A stretch of DNA of 64,000 bases from Ruditapes philippinarum (taxonomy: Eukaryota), in assembly GCF_026571515.1 (NCBI RefSeq), contig NW_026858590.1, forward strand, positions 1 to 64,000, read 5' to 3'. Shown here one piece after another: positions 1 to 12,893 of this stretch. Each line of letters begins with the position of its first letter. Position 1 is the first letter of the stretch. Both the position numbers and the translations under genes were made by a program. Below the pieces are notes generated by a model, which saw only the letters and a program-made list of their open reading frames with translations, was not told the DNA's origin and made no database searches.

Positions 1-1439
1 TTGCATTTTCAGTAACGAGTACAGGAGTATAACTCTATTTGAATTACTTAAATGCGCATTCATTACTTTCATTAACCTTGAATAAACTGTTAACATGTAT
101 CGTATATTTGAGACGTGCTTAAACACATTTTCAGCTAAAACAAAACGCTACTCTTCAAAGAAATACTAAAACATTGTATGAGGATAAAATACATACTTAT
201 GTTTACCAGGGCGACTTTGATACATTCTACGCAAGAACTGTGTTAAGTTTTGGATATTCCTCCTATTTGACCGCGAACCTAATTCTTGCCGCATCATATA
301 ATTCAATACAACAGATATTGAATAAAATAAAATTATGACAAAATTAATTATATCTTAGTTATATGTTTTGAAATTTCAAAATAAATTACCAATACTACTT
401 AAAACATCAATAACAATAAATTCGTCACAACATTTAGGACTTTTATATATATATGTTCAGGGAATCGAAGAGCAGACCTTGTATGATAACGTTGACAAAT
501 AAAAACAAATTTTGCCAATCAATGGCTAGACAAATAACACATTATATCAACATTTCACGATATATTTGAATAATTGTTGCATTAAAAAACTGACTATCGC
601 CTTTGCAAATACAAAGCACTTAAAGATAAAGAACTATGCAAAATGCACAGTATATCTAAGAGAGATCTGTGTCAAATAAGTAAAATAGAGACTTATCATA
701 AAAGCATCGTCTCGCACAGGAACAAATTATATTACGTTAGGGAGAATATATGGGAAATTTATATATTTCATTTTTGTATTTTCCCATGTATAGTACACAG
801 AGCCGAAGGTTTGATGTAAAACAGATGTGATAAATGGTAAAAGAGTTATGGCAAAATAAAGACATACTCGTATCTGTTACAAAAACCTTACATCTTGGTA
901 AATTTGTAGAAATGTTTACTTAAATCAGCTTGGAATACCAATTTACTCAAAGATAAAATAAAAGTGACGTAAATGAAACAAAAGTATTTGAACAATGTCT
1001 TTTTTAAAAAACTGTATCACGAAATGAATTTCCTAAAAAAAGTACAAAATGTTTTTCAACAAAATTGTCAAATACTGTCATTTACTTTAGAGTTAAATTG
1101 ATTTCAATTACTCAAGTCTAGTGCATTTTATTATTTGGTTGACACCAGGCAACAGAATTTCAAAATAGCAAACGCTGTACTTACAGAGAGAAATATTTGT
1201 TGACAACAAAATTGTTACTACGCAATAATAAAACGCAGGTATTTATCTAATTAAGTTATTTTCATCTGCCGTGTGAAGTTTTAAAAAGTTTTAGTCAATC
1301 CTTTGTTTCGGGGAAATGTCACATGTAAAAACAAGAGCACCACTAGGCGGAGCATTATATGCCCGAAAGTGTTTTTTTTTTTCTAAGGATGAAGCATTTG
1401 TAAGACATTACATAAATTAAATAAAGTATTACCTCCTTC

Positions 1440-2521
1440 AAATAGCAATCTTCCTATAAAGTTTGAATATTGTGGACCAAATGGAACTTCAGTTATGCTC
1501 CGGAAACTGTTTTAAGTTTTGAGGTAATAGCTACCTTGAACTTTGACCGTGTGACCCCAAAATCAATAGGTGTCTTCTACCCAATATGGACAATCATCCT
1601 ATGAAGTTTCAACACTATGGGCCAAATAGAAAGTAAGTTATGTTCTAGAAACTTTTTTCAGTTTTGTAGTAATAGTGACCTTGACCTTTGACATTGTGAC
1701 CCCAAAATCAATAGGGGTCTTTACCCAATATGGACAATCATCCTCTGAAGTTTGAATATTGTGGGACAAATAGACATTAAGTTATGCTCTGGAAACTGTT
1801 TTCAGTTTTAAAGTAATAGTGACCTTGACCTTTGACCTTGTGACCCCAAAATCAATAGGGGTCTCCTACCCAATATGGACAATCATCCTATGAAGTTTGA
1901 ACACTGTCAGCCAAATGGAACTTAAGTTATGTTCCGGAAACTGTTTTCAGTTTTAAGGTCATAGTGACCTTGACCTTTGACCTTGTGACCCCAAAATCAA
2001 TAGGGGTCTTCTACCCAATATGGACAATCATCCTATGAAGTTTGAACACTGTCGGCCAAATGGAACATAAGTTATGCTCCGGAAACTGTTTTCAGTTTTA
2101 AGGTCATAGTGACCTTAACCTTTGACCTTGTGACCCCAAAATCAATAGGGGTCTTCTACCCAAAATGGACAATCATCCTATGAAGTTTGAACACTGGCGG
2201 CCAAATGGACCTTAAGTTATGCTCCGGAAACTGTTTTCAGTTTTAAGTTCATAGTGACCTTGACCTTTGACCTTGTGACCCCAAAATCAATAGGGGTCTT
2301 CTACCTAATATGGACAATCATCCTATTAAGTTTGAACACTGTCGGCTAAATGGAACTTAAGTTATGCTCCGGAAACTGTTTTCAGTTTAAGGGTCATAGT
2401 GACCTTGACCTTTGACCTTGTTACCCCAAAATCAATAGGGGTCTTCTACTCAATATGTACAATCATCCTATGAAGTTTGAATGTTGTGGGCCAAATGGAA
2501 CTTAAGTTATGCTCCGGAAAC
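1440..2521. repeat. 145-bp tandem repeat, ~7.5 copies, inside the HINE
   Basis: GACCTT(G/A)ACCTTTGAC starts at 1677, 1821, 1966, 2111, 2256 and 2401 (period 144-145), with a degenerate copy at ~1532. Confidence 0.97.
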
Positions 2522-2532
2522 CAAATTGCTAA

Positions 2533-2590
2533 CGGACGGACGGACAGACGGACGGACGGATAGACAGACGGACGGACGGATGGACGGACG
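2533..2590. repeat. (GGAC/AGAC)n microsatellite of the HINE
   Basis: CGGACGGACGGACAGACGGACGG... read directly. It explains the spurious PSVRPSV ORFs. Confidence 0.95.
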
Positions 2591-3662
2591 CCCGGGGGTA
2601 TAACATAATATGCCCGAAATTCTTTCGGGCATATAAAAACAACGCAATATAGCGTATACGTATATGTGATGATAACCAAATTGAAAACTAGATGTGTCAA
2701 GGGCAGAAAGGTGCAAATCAAAACATTGGCAGAGCATATTATATAAACCTATGACCAGTATTTGTTTTCTTTTTCATAACCTCAATTTAAATTGTGATAA
2801 GTAATTTAACCGTAAACATTTTGTAATGTTTTTTCCCAAAGACTTGACGAAGTGGGCTCGTAAAATTATGACATGACTGATTCGATATACATGCTTAACA
2901 TAGCAGAACATAGCACAGTACAACATAACACAGTACAGCATATATCTTATTCAACATAATATTGTATATACACAATTTAAAACGAATATATCTTAACACA
3001 ATAATTGCAGACTCAATACAGTTTAATAACCAAGGGCAATACGTTTGCGTTCAGGGTACGCTTTTAGAATTAAACCACCTTACTACTCGTATATATGTAT
3101 AGACAAATGTCGTGTATGTTTAACTTCATGCCTTTAACATAAGAAGCTGTAAACGAACAGACATAAAGCAAGACCAAACCCATCTCCTCTCCCAAGTGAA
3201 GAATTAGAAATTAATAATTTTATAATATTTATCATTTTTGTTGTTTACCAAAAAATAAATTCCGCAAGCAAAAAAGAAAGTATGCACTTGTCTCATTTTG
3301 TTAAAACACTTTATTGTGTGACAACGAATATATTAGATACAGATTGTTGTCTAAATTTCCGTGATAACGTCTTCAAAGAAATATGTCTACAATTTACTTA
3401 GGGAAGAACATATTTTTTCACTTAAATGAATCAGAAATGACTTCTGATTGTTATCAATATCGTGATAATCATGCAATGATTGAAATGCATTACTTATTGA
3501 TAGAACACAGTAATTCTCAAGTTAGAAAATGATGAGTCGGTAAATTTATATAGCTTTTTCGAAAAAGACGCTGTATAGAATTGTTGCAATCAAATTAGCT
3601 TAACTGTGGTAAAAGGGAGATCCCTACAGAGTAATGAAAACAGAATCCATAATAATATGATA

Positions 3663-4050
3663 ATTGAAGATGCGATGTGATCAAGTCTGTTTATAAGAGA
3701 TAATGTAAGGTGCAAAATTTCTCACGCTGTCTGGCACCGGCTAAAGCAGTATTAAACATTAAACACAAAAAAAATCTTGATAAAATGTGATATCTCGAAA
3801 GCATTAATCACACCAAAAATACACGAAAATTGCAGACTCGGTTTGATTGAGTTTGTACATCAGGGATAATGAAAAACTGCCATATCCGTCACGACCCTAG
3901 CACCGTCTTAAGCAGTATTTAATCTTAAACAGTTAATATTTAAAATTTGAATTAAGAATGATTCTAGGAAGCATTAGTCATAACAAAATTAAATGAAAAT
4001 AACAAACTCGGTTTGATTGAGTCTGTAAATAAAGGATAATGAAAAATCCC
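3663..4050. repeat. Old ~170-bp internal sub-repeat (2-3 diverged copies) present in each large unit
   Basis: TTG(A/C)AGA..CG.T(G/T)TGAT..AGT.TGT...GATAATG motif at ~3664, ~3830 and ~4001. Also seen at ~13885-14150, ~24450-24820 and ~29875-30140. Confidence 0.8.
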
Positions 4051-5218
4051 TTTATATTGTGTTGTGATTATTGCTTCCGAGGGATCACTCTTTATCCAGA
4101 TTTCTATATAGATAAAACGACGCCATTTTATTGAAGCCCGCATAGTGATTGCTGCTTTCAAATACTAATTTTATCCTATTCCCCATGTGCTTAGAATTTC
4201 TAACAATTTACTTCCAGTAATTAAATATATTCTGACTAATTTGAAAAAAAATTACAATTTAAAATGATATTTTATGAGAGAGACATTCACATTCTTTTTA
4301 TTGTAAATTAATCGCGCGGTTTGCATTTCAAATGTTTCATGAAATTTGTTTTATACGTGACTAGTTTTAATTTTACAGTACATCCGAATGTATTCGCATC
4401 ATCAACTTAAGAAATAAGTTTTGCGTGCACAAATCATTTTGTAAAATTCCGATACATTCTTAAACAATATAGTTTCTTATGCAAGAAAAAAAAAGTAATA
4501 TTTCCGTCCCTTCCCATCTTCCACTTAAAAATTCAAGTTAATAGAAATAATTTTGATCTGACATGAAATATGACTTAAAGAATAATTTTAAAAGATGGAA
4601 ACAAACATAACATGTTCTAAAAGTTATCATTTAAATTTTGGTGTTTTTGGTGTTGGTTTATTTTTGCCATGGCCAACTCCAAAGACAGCAAATCATCACG
4701 CCCACGTAATTTCTATATTTTGAATATTTTTTTCTCTCCGAATCCTAATATCAAACTGGTGCGCTTTTATGTTTTTGACAACATTCATTAATTTTATAGA
4801 TGTCTTAGATTTCTGCTTAGGAACAAAGGACAACAGGGAACAACAATTTTGGATAAAGGAACATATTTTTAACAAAACATCTAACAATCAATTTAACCGA
4901 GTTTCTCTTACAATAATTTTTTTTCCGCGTTTAAAAACAATTCTATTACATACACGAAATAAATTATTGAGTTAAATAGATATATAGAAAAAATACCCTT
5001 AAAGCATTCTTTACAGTTTCATGATAGTAATAATAATAGAATAATTGACAATTATCCTACAAATTACAAACAAGCAATCGTGTATTTTTCGAACTATTAA
5101 GAAATCTATTTTAGAACAGGATGAAATTAACCTCAATAAGAATGACATTGATTATAAGCTATCACATGCGAAGACTCTACGCTGCACCCGAAAATATATT
5201 TAAAGACTACTGTAAACA

Positions 5219-7192
5219 TATGGAATGCCGGTAGGGACATGCCAATTTGCTTATTTGCCAATTGCTGAATTGCTATTTGCTAATTGCCGATTTGCTTATT
5301 TGCCAATGGCTGATAGGCTTAATGACAAATTTGCTTATTTGCCAATTGCTGAATTGCTAATTTGCTTATTTGTTAACCACTTGACTTGTTTACGTATTGC
5401 TTATTTGCCAATTGCTCATTTGCTTTTTTGCAATAGAAATAGTTTACACTGTGCCAGAAGTATATGGAAAATCTGACAACAGACAACCAGTTGAGTCAGA
5501 TCTGTTAACTTTTGCCAACAGTATTCTTGTAAATTCAATACTGTTGGCAATGAATTTAGTTGCAGTGATGCCTACGCAGATATATGTCTACAACTGATGG
5601 CTGACATGCCCTTGAGAACACAGACGCCTTGGTTCAGATCCCGTACCCCAACGTGATACGCCCCTGTAAACACTCTATTAAAATTTTTATAATATTTAAT
5701 CACGAATTGGCATCGATAAAACTGGTTTTCAAACAATTTTCACATATGCCGGTATGAAAAATACCATATACCACCAAGTCTCAATAAAGTACTTAATGGT
5801 TTTATCGTTGTAACAACAGATTAATGTAATATAACTCCGTGTTGTAACGGATGTCCAATTCGTATTTGAATATTAAAATAATTTTGATATAGTGTTTACA
5901 GAGGCGTATCAAGTTGGGGGCAGGATCTGACCCGCCAGCATCTGTGCTTGAGAATGCCTAATAATGTGTTTCAGCTATAGATCTGTTTGTGCAGAGATTG
6001 ATGGCATAATAAACACTTGATTAGTAATATAAAAGTGAAAATTATTGGGTAAAGATTGAAATAAAAGAACTTGAAAACAAAACTATTTCTTATTTTATGG
6101 CATATAAAATGTCGTTATTCTCAGCAGATTTGTCACAGAGGGCCTCATTTTATCGGTACGAACACATAGTATCACGAATGATACATTTGGTGCATGCTTA
6201 ACACGGGTGTTTGTCTTTACACCTTAGCAATAGGCTTCGTTTTTAGCTCTGTAAGATTTTGAGATCACTTATGTCTGTGTGTGCATCAACATTTTACTTT
6301 GGTTTAATGTTTTTGAAATTGTGTCACACTTTTCCATTTCTTCATGTTGTACATTCAGGTACGTATATCATGTTAATATACGTACCTGGTACATTTTACA
6401 TGCTATCAGGTGACCATGACCATGCTCATGACCTAGGGTATAATGGACAAAGCCTCTTTGAATATTGTGTATGCATGCTGCCTATTTAATGCTTATGTGA
6501 AGTTACAGTTAGATATAAGCAATAGTAACAGGGATATGACAGAAACTAAGGCTTCTCATTACAATACATTGGTGACCTTGACATTCATTATGTAACGGGC
6601 ACAGCTTCTTCATGTACTTTGTATGCATGCTTGTAACGCAAAGTTTATGCAAAGTTGCAGTAAGATACATGAATCAGCGAAAGTAACAGAGATATGACAG
6701 AAAAACAAGTTACCAAGAAAACCAATGCAGTGGTGGGTAGGATAGCATCCCTATTCTCTGAATAGTGGAGCAAAAACTGAAACTCAAGATAATTAAAAAA
6801 ACAACTAGAACTACTTTCTGAAACTAAATTTTTTTTTTCGAAACTGATTAAAATGTATCCATCTGTCTTTCTACCTATATTCTAGGTAATGATGGATTGA
6901 TCACAATTGTCACAAGTTATAATTAAGAAAACTTTATAAACATAATAACATGATATAGGTTCATGAGCTTGAAATAAAGTCTACAAAGACTTGTTATTTT
7001 ATATCAAACAAGAACTTCGCGAGTCGGACGTGTCACCTGACAATATCATAAACATTTATGTATATAAGCAAATAAGCAATTAGCAAATAAGCGAATTGGC
7101 AAATCAGCAAATTGGCAAATCAACAATTAGCAAATAAGCAATTAAGTAGATGACAAATAAGCAAAGTGGCATGTCCCTACCGGCATTCCATA
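5219..7192. mobile_element. Non-autonomous TIR DNA transposon (1974 bp) with subterminal TTGCTTATTTGCCAA-type repeats
   Basis: ~42-bp TIRs (TATGGAATGCCGGTAGGGACATGCCA...; first 26 bp perfect). 7-bp direct repeat GTAAACA at 5212-5218 and 7193-7199. The empty site GACTACTGTAAACACTTT is present at ~32530. No transposase ORF. Confidence 0.93.
5605..5960. mobile_element. Degenerate fold-back MITE nested in the TIR element
   Basis: CAGATCCCGTACCCCAACGTGATACGCCCCTGTAAACACT (~5635-5673) is the imperfect reverse complement of AGTGTTTACAGAGGCGTATCAAGTTGGGGGCAGGATCTG (5891-5929). Arms extend ~120 bp. Confidence 0.65.
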
Positions 7193-9757
7193 GTAAACAC
7201 TTTATTTCTGTTTGTGATGACATCAAGATTGAGAGCAGATTATGTATAAACAGACAATAAAATTGATATGTGTGACATGATTTAAGGATTTAAAATCGTG
7301 TTTAATTTAAAATCTCAAAGACACGTGTAGGCAAAATCAAATCCTATATAACTCATCCCATTGCAAATTAAAATAGCAAACATCCATTTGAGGGTGTATT
7401 TTAGATGGTTACATTATATAGTATATCGTAAAGAGGTGTAATTACTCGAAGATGTAAAGTAAACTCTCAGAGGCCAAGGCATTAACTAAGACCATCATTA
7501 TTTTTGTTATATAAATGTATATGAAATGACCTCTTCCGTGAAATCACGCAATTCTTCAAACATATCATATGTATTTTATCTATGTAAAAGTATTACTATC
7601 TAATGGTATGGGATCAAACCAAAGGGAAGAAAATTTAAGCCTTTTTATCACGCAGACAATAATCTATTCGGTACAGTAGCCATTATATACATGTATAATT
7701 TGTCTTAGTGTTGTACAAGGAATGTTAATATAGAAATTTTAATTTACATCAAATGCTTGCAAAATAAGGCCATTTACATTGAAAAAAGAAACAAACAAAA
7801 CAACAGCAAAAAACAACAATAAAAAACTAAAACAAACAAAACCCCAAAAACAAACAGCAACAACAACAAAAAATGTGTCATCAATATGTGTCATCAAGTG
7901 TTGATACTTAAATGATCATTTGATACTGAAGTAACATTTGATTTTCAAAACAAATAATGATATTCGGTGACATATTATCAACGATCCAAAAAGATATAGC
8001 ATATATTCAAGACTTAGTATTTGAAACTGACATAAGAAAAACGAGCCAATAGCATTATTGATGGGGGAGGGTCCCTTGTGCTCCTTCGTGCATTTTCAGT
8101 AACGAGCGGGTACAGGAGTATAATTTTATTTGAATTACTTTAATGTACATTCATTACTTTCATTAACCTTGAATAAACTGTTAATATGTATTGTATATTT
8201 GAGACTTGCTTTAACACATTTTCAGCTCAAACAAAACGCTACGCTTCAAAGATATATTAGAACAAATGATGTTTACCATGGCGACTTTGATACATTTTTC
8301 GCAAGAGCTGTGTTTAGTTTCGGAAATTCCCCCTGTATGACCGCGAACCTTATTCCTGTCACATATAATTCGATACGACAAATATTGAAAACAATATAAA
8401 ATAATGATCAAAATTCATTATTCTTGTTATGCAGGTTTGATCCTTAGTTAAATATATTGAAATTTCAAAACAAATTACGAATACTACTTAAAACATCAAT
8501 AACAATAAATTGTTCACAACTATAAATACATTAAGGACTTTTATGTATGTTCGGGGAATTAAAAAGCAGACCTAGTATCATAACGCTGACAAATAAAAAC
8601 TAATTTTGCTTATCAATGGCTAGACAAATAACACATAATATCAACATTTCACGATACATTTGAATAATTGTCAAAAACTGACTATCGCCTTTGCAAAAAC
8701 CAAGCACTAAAAGATAAAAAAAACTATTCAAAATGCATAGTATAGTATATCTAAGAGAGAAAGTAGGGTCAGATTTGTGGCAAATAAGTAAAAAAGAGAC
8801 TTATCATAAAAGCATCGTTTCAAACCGGAACAAATTATATTACGTTAGGGAGAATATATGGGAAATTTATATATTTTATTTTCTATTTTCCAATAAAAAG
8901 TACACAGGGCCGACGCTTTGATGTAAAACAGATATGATAAAATTAATGGTAAAACATTTGAAACAGTTTTAGAAAAATAAAGACATACTCATATCTGTTA
9001 CAAAAACCTTACATCTTGGTAAGTTTGCAGAAATTTTGGCTCGAAACAGCTTGGAATATAAGGTTGAACATCTATCTTCTAGCGTTCATTTTCGGCTGGA
9101 TTCTTTCGTGCAATCGTATATTAATATATATCAATAATGAACCATATAAATTGTGATATTTTCTTCTCAAATCAAATTATTATTGAATAAAACACAATAT
9201 ATTACATTAAAGGAAACGTTAAATTTTTATGTCTTGATAATGTAATGTAAACCAATTCTGAAACGAGCAAAAACAATATACATAATTTTACAAAACCTTT
9301 TCTAAATGAATGAAAATGATACACAAATCAATCAATCAATCAATGAAAGTAATCAATCAATCAATCAAATTTATCCTCTTTGCTACAAAGAGCATATTAT
9401 TTTGCGGGAAGCGAAACATTGTATATGCCTAGAGGAAAAGAACATTAATTTAAACATGTGTTTTCACCATAAGTTATTACTACAAATATAACTGAATTGT
9501 ATTTCACAATGATGAAGTATGATGTGTATGTTTTCTTTTTACAAGAGGAAAAGCTTTGTAATAGAAAATACATCTTACCAATTTACTCAAAGATAAAAAT
9601 AAAAGTGTCATAAATGAAACAAATGGTAATCAATGTAACTTTAAAGTAAATGATAGATTTCACCAACATTTTCTTTGTCTTTAGGAAATTCCTTTGGTGA
9701 TACAGTTCTTTTTATAAAAGACATTGTTCAAATACTTTGGGATAATATTATTTTACA

Positions 9758-11291
9758 GAACAGAACAGAACAGAACAGAACAGAAATTTTATTAAAGACA
9801 TAAGCATACAGCTCATCGTCATAACATACAATATTACACACAAATCATATAAATTATAAATAAACTTTACAACAATTATTTGTCTAAATTCAACAGTTGA
9901 GAGTGATCTGAGTAAGCATGTTATTAAAGTACATGTATTTTTCATAGAAATATTATGACGTTGTTATAATAATAACAAAAAAGATTTATAAGTTATTTAA
10001 TTGGTCAGTTCTCTGCCTAAAGCATTTAATACAATAAATTGCAAGATTATGTAGAGTCTTTTTACATTTTGAATTTAGCAGTTCTATAAATTTAAACATA
10101 CTTGGACGTGTATAGTAGAATCTAGGAATATATTTTCTCCTGTTTTCATGATAAAAAGGGCAAACTAAAACAAAGTGGAATTCGTCCTCGATATCATTTG
10201 AATTGCAAATTAAACAATAACGACGATTTCTTTCAATATTGTTATGTCGACCAGTTTCAATATGCAGGTTGTGTGAATTTAGTCTTAATCTAGCAATAGC
10301 ATTTCTGTATCTAGGAATATCAACAATAGTGAGGTATTCAGAACGATTAAAAATAGACTTAATATGTCTATACAAAAATAACGAACTGCATGTCTGAACA
10401 CTAGCATGCCAATTAGTCATATAAATATCCCTAAGGCGATTAATTAACAATGGTATAAATACATCTATATTAACTGACTCTGGAAATTCCCAGACATCAC
10501 AAAATCCGGCATTTTGTAATAGAACACGTATTTTCGACGACCAATTAACAGTAGCAGTATTATGAAAAATGTCTAGTCTTTGGTCTGTAACAATAGTTCT
10601 GATTATACAGTTTTCCATTTTTCGACCATACAATTTTAAAAAATATTTAACAATTCGAACATATCTATTAATGTACAATGGGAATCTGCCCAGTTCTGCA
10701 TACAGAGATAATGTGTTCGTTTTACATTAAGCAACCATTTACAAAATTTTTTATGAACCCGCTCTAAATTCTCAGCCTTTAAAAAGCCCCAGACTTCGCA
10801 ACCATAATTCATTACTGACAATACGTAAGCATCAAACAAATTAAACATTATATTTACAGGTACATTCATACCACGTGTTATATTAAAAAGTGAATTCATT
10901 GCCTTTATTCCTTTCCCAGCCAAAGTTTTTGTTGCATTGTAAAACGAACCCCCACTTGAAAAAACAACCCCTAAATAATTGAATGAACTAACAATTTCTA
11001 TTTCTTTTCCAGCAAATGTCCATTTAAAAGACTCACTTATTCTACCACCCTTTCTAAAAATAACAATTTTAGTTTTTTCAATATTGACATTAAGATTCCA
11101 TTTTTTACAATAAGTTTCTAAATTATTAAGTGAATCTTGTAAACCTTCTTTTGTTTCAGAAAACAATACAGCATCGTCCGCAAACAGTAATAAATATATA
11201 GATAATTGGTCCATAGTAATACCTGCACTGCTACTTTGCTGTAGATGCATTTCTATATCATTCAAAAACATGGAAAATAGTATCGGGGAAG
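9758..11291 (-). mobile_element. 5'-truncated non-LTR retrotransposon (LINE; probably RTE-X-like, clade uncertain)
   Basis: RT motifs SPILFSMFLND and LLFADD, C-terminal C-x2-C...IEDEFHFVLVC. The 3' end has AATAAA followed by a (TTCTG)n tail. TTACA is duplicated at 9753-9757 and 11292-11296. The empty site ATTATTTTACATAAAGGCAG is at ~28290. Confidence 0.95.
9986..11291 (-). pseudogene. Frameshifted C-terminal part of LINE ORF2 (reverse transcriptase plus Cys/His motif)
   Basis: ORFs 10636-11271 and 9986-10678 join through a frameshift near 10715: ...WLLNVKRT / LSLYAELGRFPLYINRY... The N-terminus is lost by 5' truncation. Confidence 0.92.
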
Positions 11292-12893
11292 TTACATAAA
11301 GGCAGATTAAGCGTCAAAATTGACTTTTTTCCGTAGAAAGGGCAAACATTTGTTTTATAACGTCGGAATTATGGATTTAGAAAATGTAAAATGCTTAACA
11401 CCTGCAGAAAATATCAACGAGTTTTAAAAATAAATGTGTTAAAGGTAACAAACCGTAAATTAAGTTGTATTTGGCCTTTCATACAAAGTACTATATCACT
11501 TAAAATGTACTTAATGCCAAAACGGAAAGAAGCTAAACGTAATTCAACTATGCGGCCAATGAGAACATTTTGAGAACTGTAACAGAATACCAAACATAAA
11601 TAACTTAAACAATTAAAGTCTTTGCATTTATGAAGTTTAATGGGTCTTTAACAATACTGAAGGCGATAAAATAACTTAATTTAGACGTTTAGTCTAGTGC
11701 ATTTTATTATATTGGTGACAACAGAAACATCCCGAAGTACTTATTTACTTATAATTTCAAAATAGCAAACGCTGTACTTACAGAGAGAAATATTTGTTGA
11801 GGACAGAATTGTTCCTACGCAATAATAAAACGCGGGTATTTATCTAATTGAATTATTTTCATCTGCCGTGTGAAGTTTTAATCAATCCTTTGTTTCGGGA
11901 AAAATGTCACATGTGAAATAATACAACACAATATAGCGTACATCTGTTATGATAACCAAATTGATAACTAGATGTGTCAATGGCAGAAAAGTGCAAATCA
12001 AAGCATAGGCAGAGCATATTTAATTTAACTATGACCAGTAATTGTTTTCTTTATAAAACCTGAATTTATATCACGATCAATTATTTAACCTAAAACATTT
12101 TGTAATTTTCTTTTTTTCCCCAAGACTTGACAAAGTGGGCTCGCAAAATTATCACATGACTGATTCGACATGTAGCATAGCATAGTATAGCATAGCTCAG
12201 CACAGCATATATTTTATTCAACATAAAATTGTATACAAACAAATTATAGTATAAACCGTTACACAATAACTGCCGCCTCAATGCAGTTTAATTACCAAGG
12301 GCAATATCTTTACATTCAAGGTACGCTTTTTAATTAAACCAACTCATCATACTAAATAGAAAAAAATGACTGTATATATGACTTCCTGCCATTTACATAA
12401 GAATCTGTATGTGTACAGACATAAGGCAAGACCAAAAACGCATCTCCTCTCCCAAGTGGAGAATTAGAAATTATTCATTTTATTATATTCAAAAATTTTG
12501 TTGTTTGCTAAACAGTAAATTCCTAATGCAAAAAAGAAATTATGCACTCGATTCCTTTTGTTAAAACAGTTTATTGTGTGTGACAACGAATACATAAGAT
12601 ACAGATTATTGTCTGAATTTCCATGATAACGTCTTCAAAGAAATATGTCTACAATTTACTTAGGGAAGAACATATTTTTTCACTTAAATGAATCAGAAAT
12701 GACTTCTGATTGTTATCAATATCATGATAACCATGCAACAATTGAAATGCATTACTAATTGAGAGAACAAGGTAAATCTCAATTTAGAAAATGATGAGTC
12801 GGCATATAGCTATTTTGGAAAAGACGCTGTATAAAATTGTTGCAATCAAAATAAGTTAAACTCTTGTAAAAGGAAGATCCCTACAGAGCAATG

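Larger units (their letters stand above)
1329..2638 (-). mobile_element. Non-autonomous Helentron-associated element (HINE/pearl-like) with internal tandem array
   Basis: Absent from the other units, where the empty site reads AATGTCACATGTGAAATAATACAACACAATATAGCG. Minus strand: TTTTTATATGCCCGAAAGAATTTCGGGCATA (subTIR plus hairpin), a (CCGT/CTGT)n microsatellite, a 145-bp array, a second subTIR TTTCGGGCATATA at ~1357-1369, and a short degenerate palindrome before CTTGTTT. Inserted in an A/T run with no TSD. Confidence 0.88.

Noticed and set aside
1440-2521. Regular repeat as a CRISPR array
   Set aside because: The whole 145-bp monomer repeats with no unique spacers, there are no cas genes, and the context is eukaryotic.
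2446-2737. ORFs with PSVRPSV repeats
   Set aside because: They are translations of the HINE microsatellite.
5225-5476. ORF with FAYLPIAELL repeats
   Set aside because: It is a translation of the transposon's subterminal repeats.
8211-8411. Cys-containing ORF (SSCEKCIK) as a Ly6-like or secreted peptide exon repeated per unit
   Set aside because: Paralogous copies have an in-frame TAA and no consistent splice sites.
11680-11720. CTAG near each unit boundary as a Helitron 3' end, making the array a rolling-circle concatemer
   Set aside because: There is no GC-rich subterminal hairpin and no CTAG|TC junction, so it is unsupported though not excluded.
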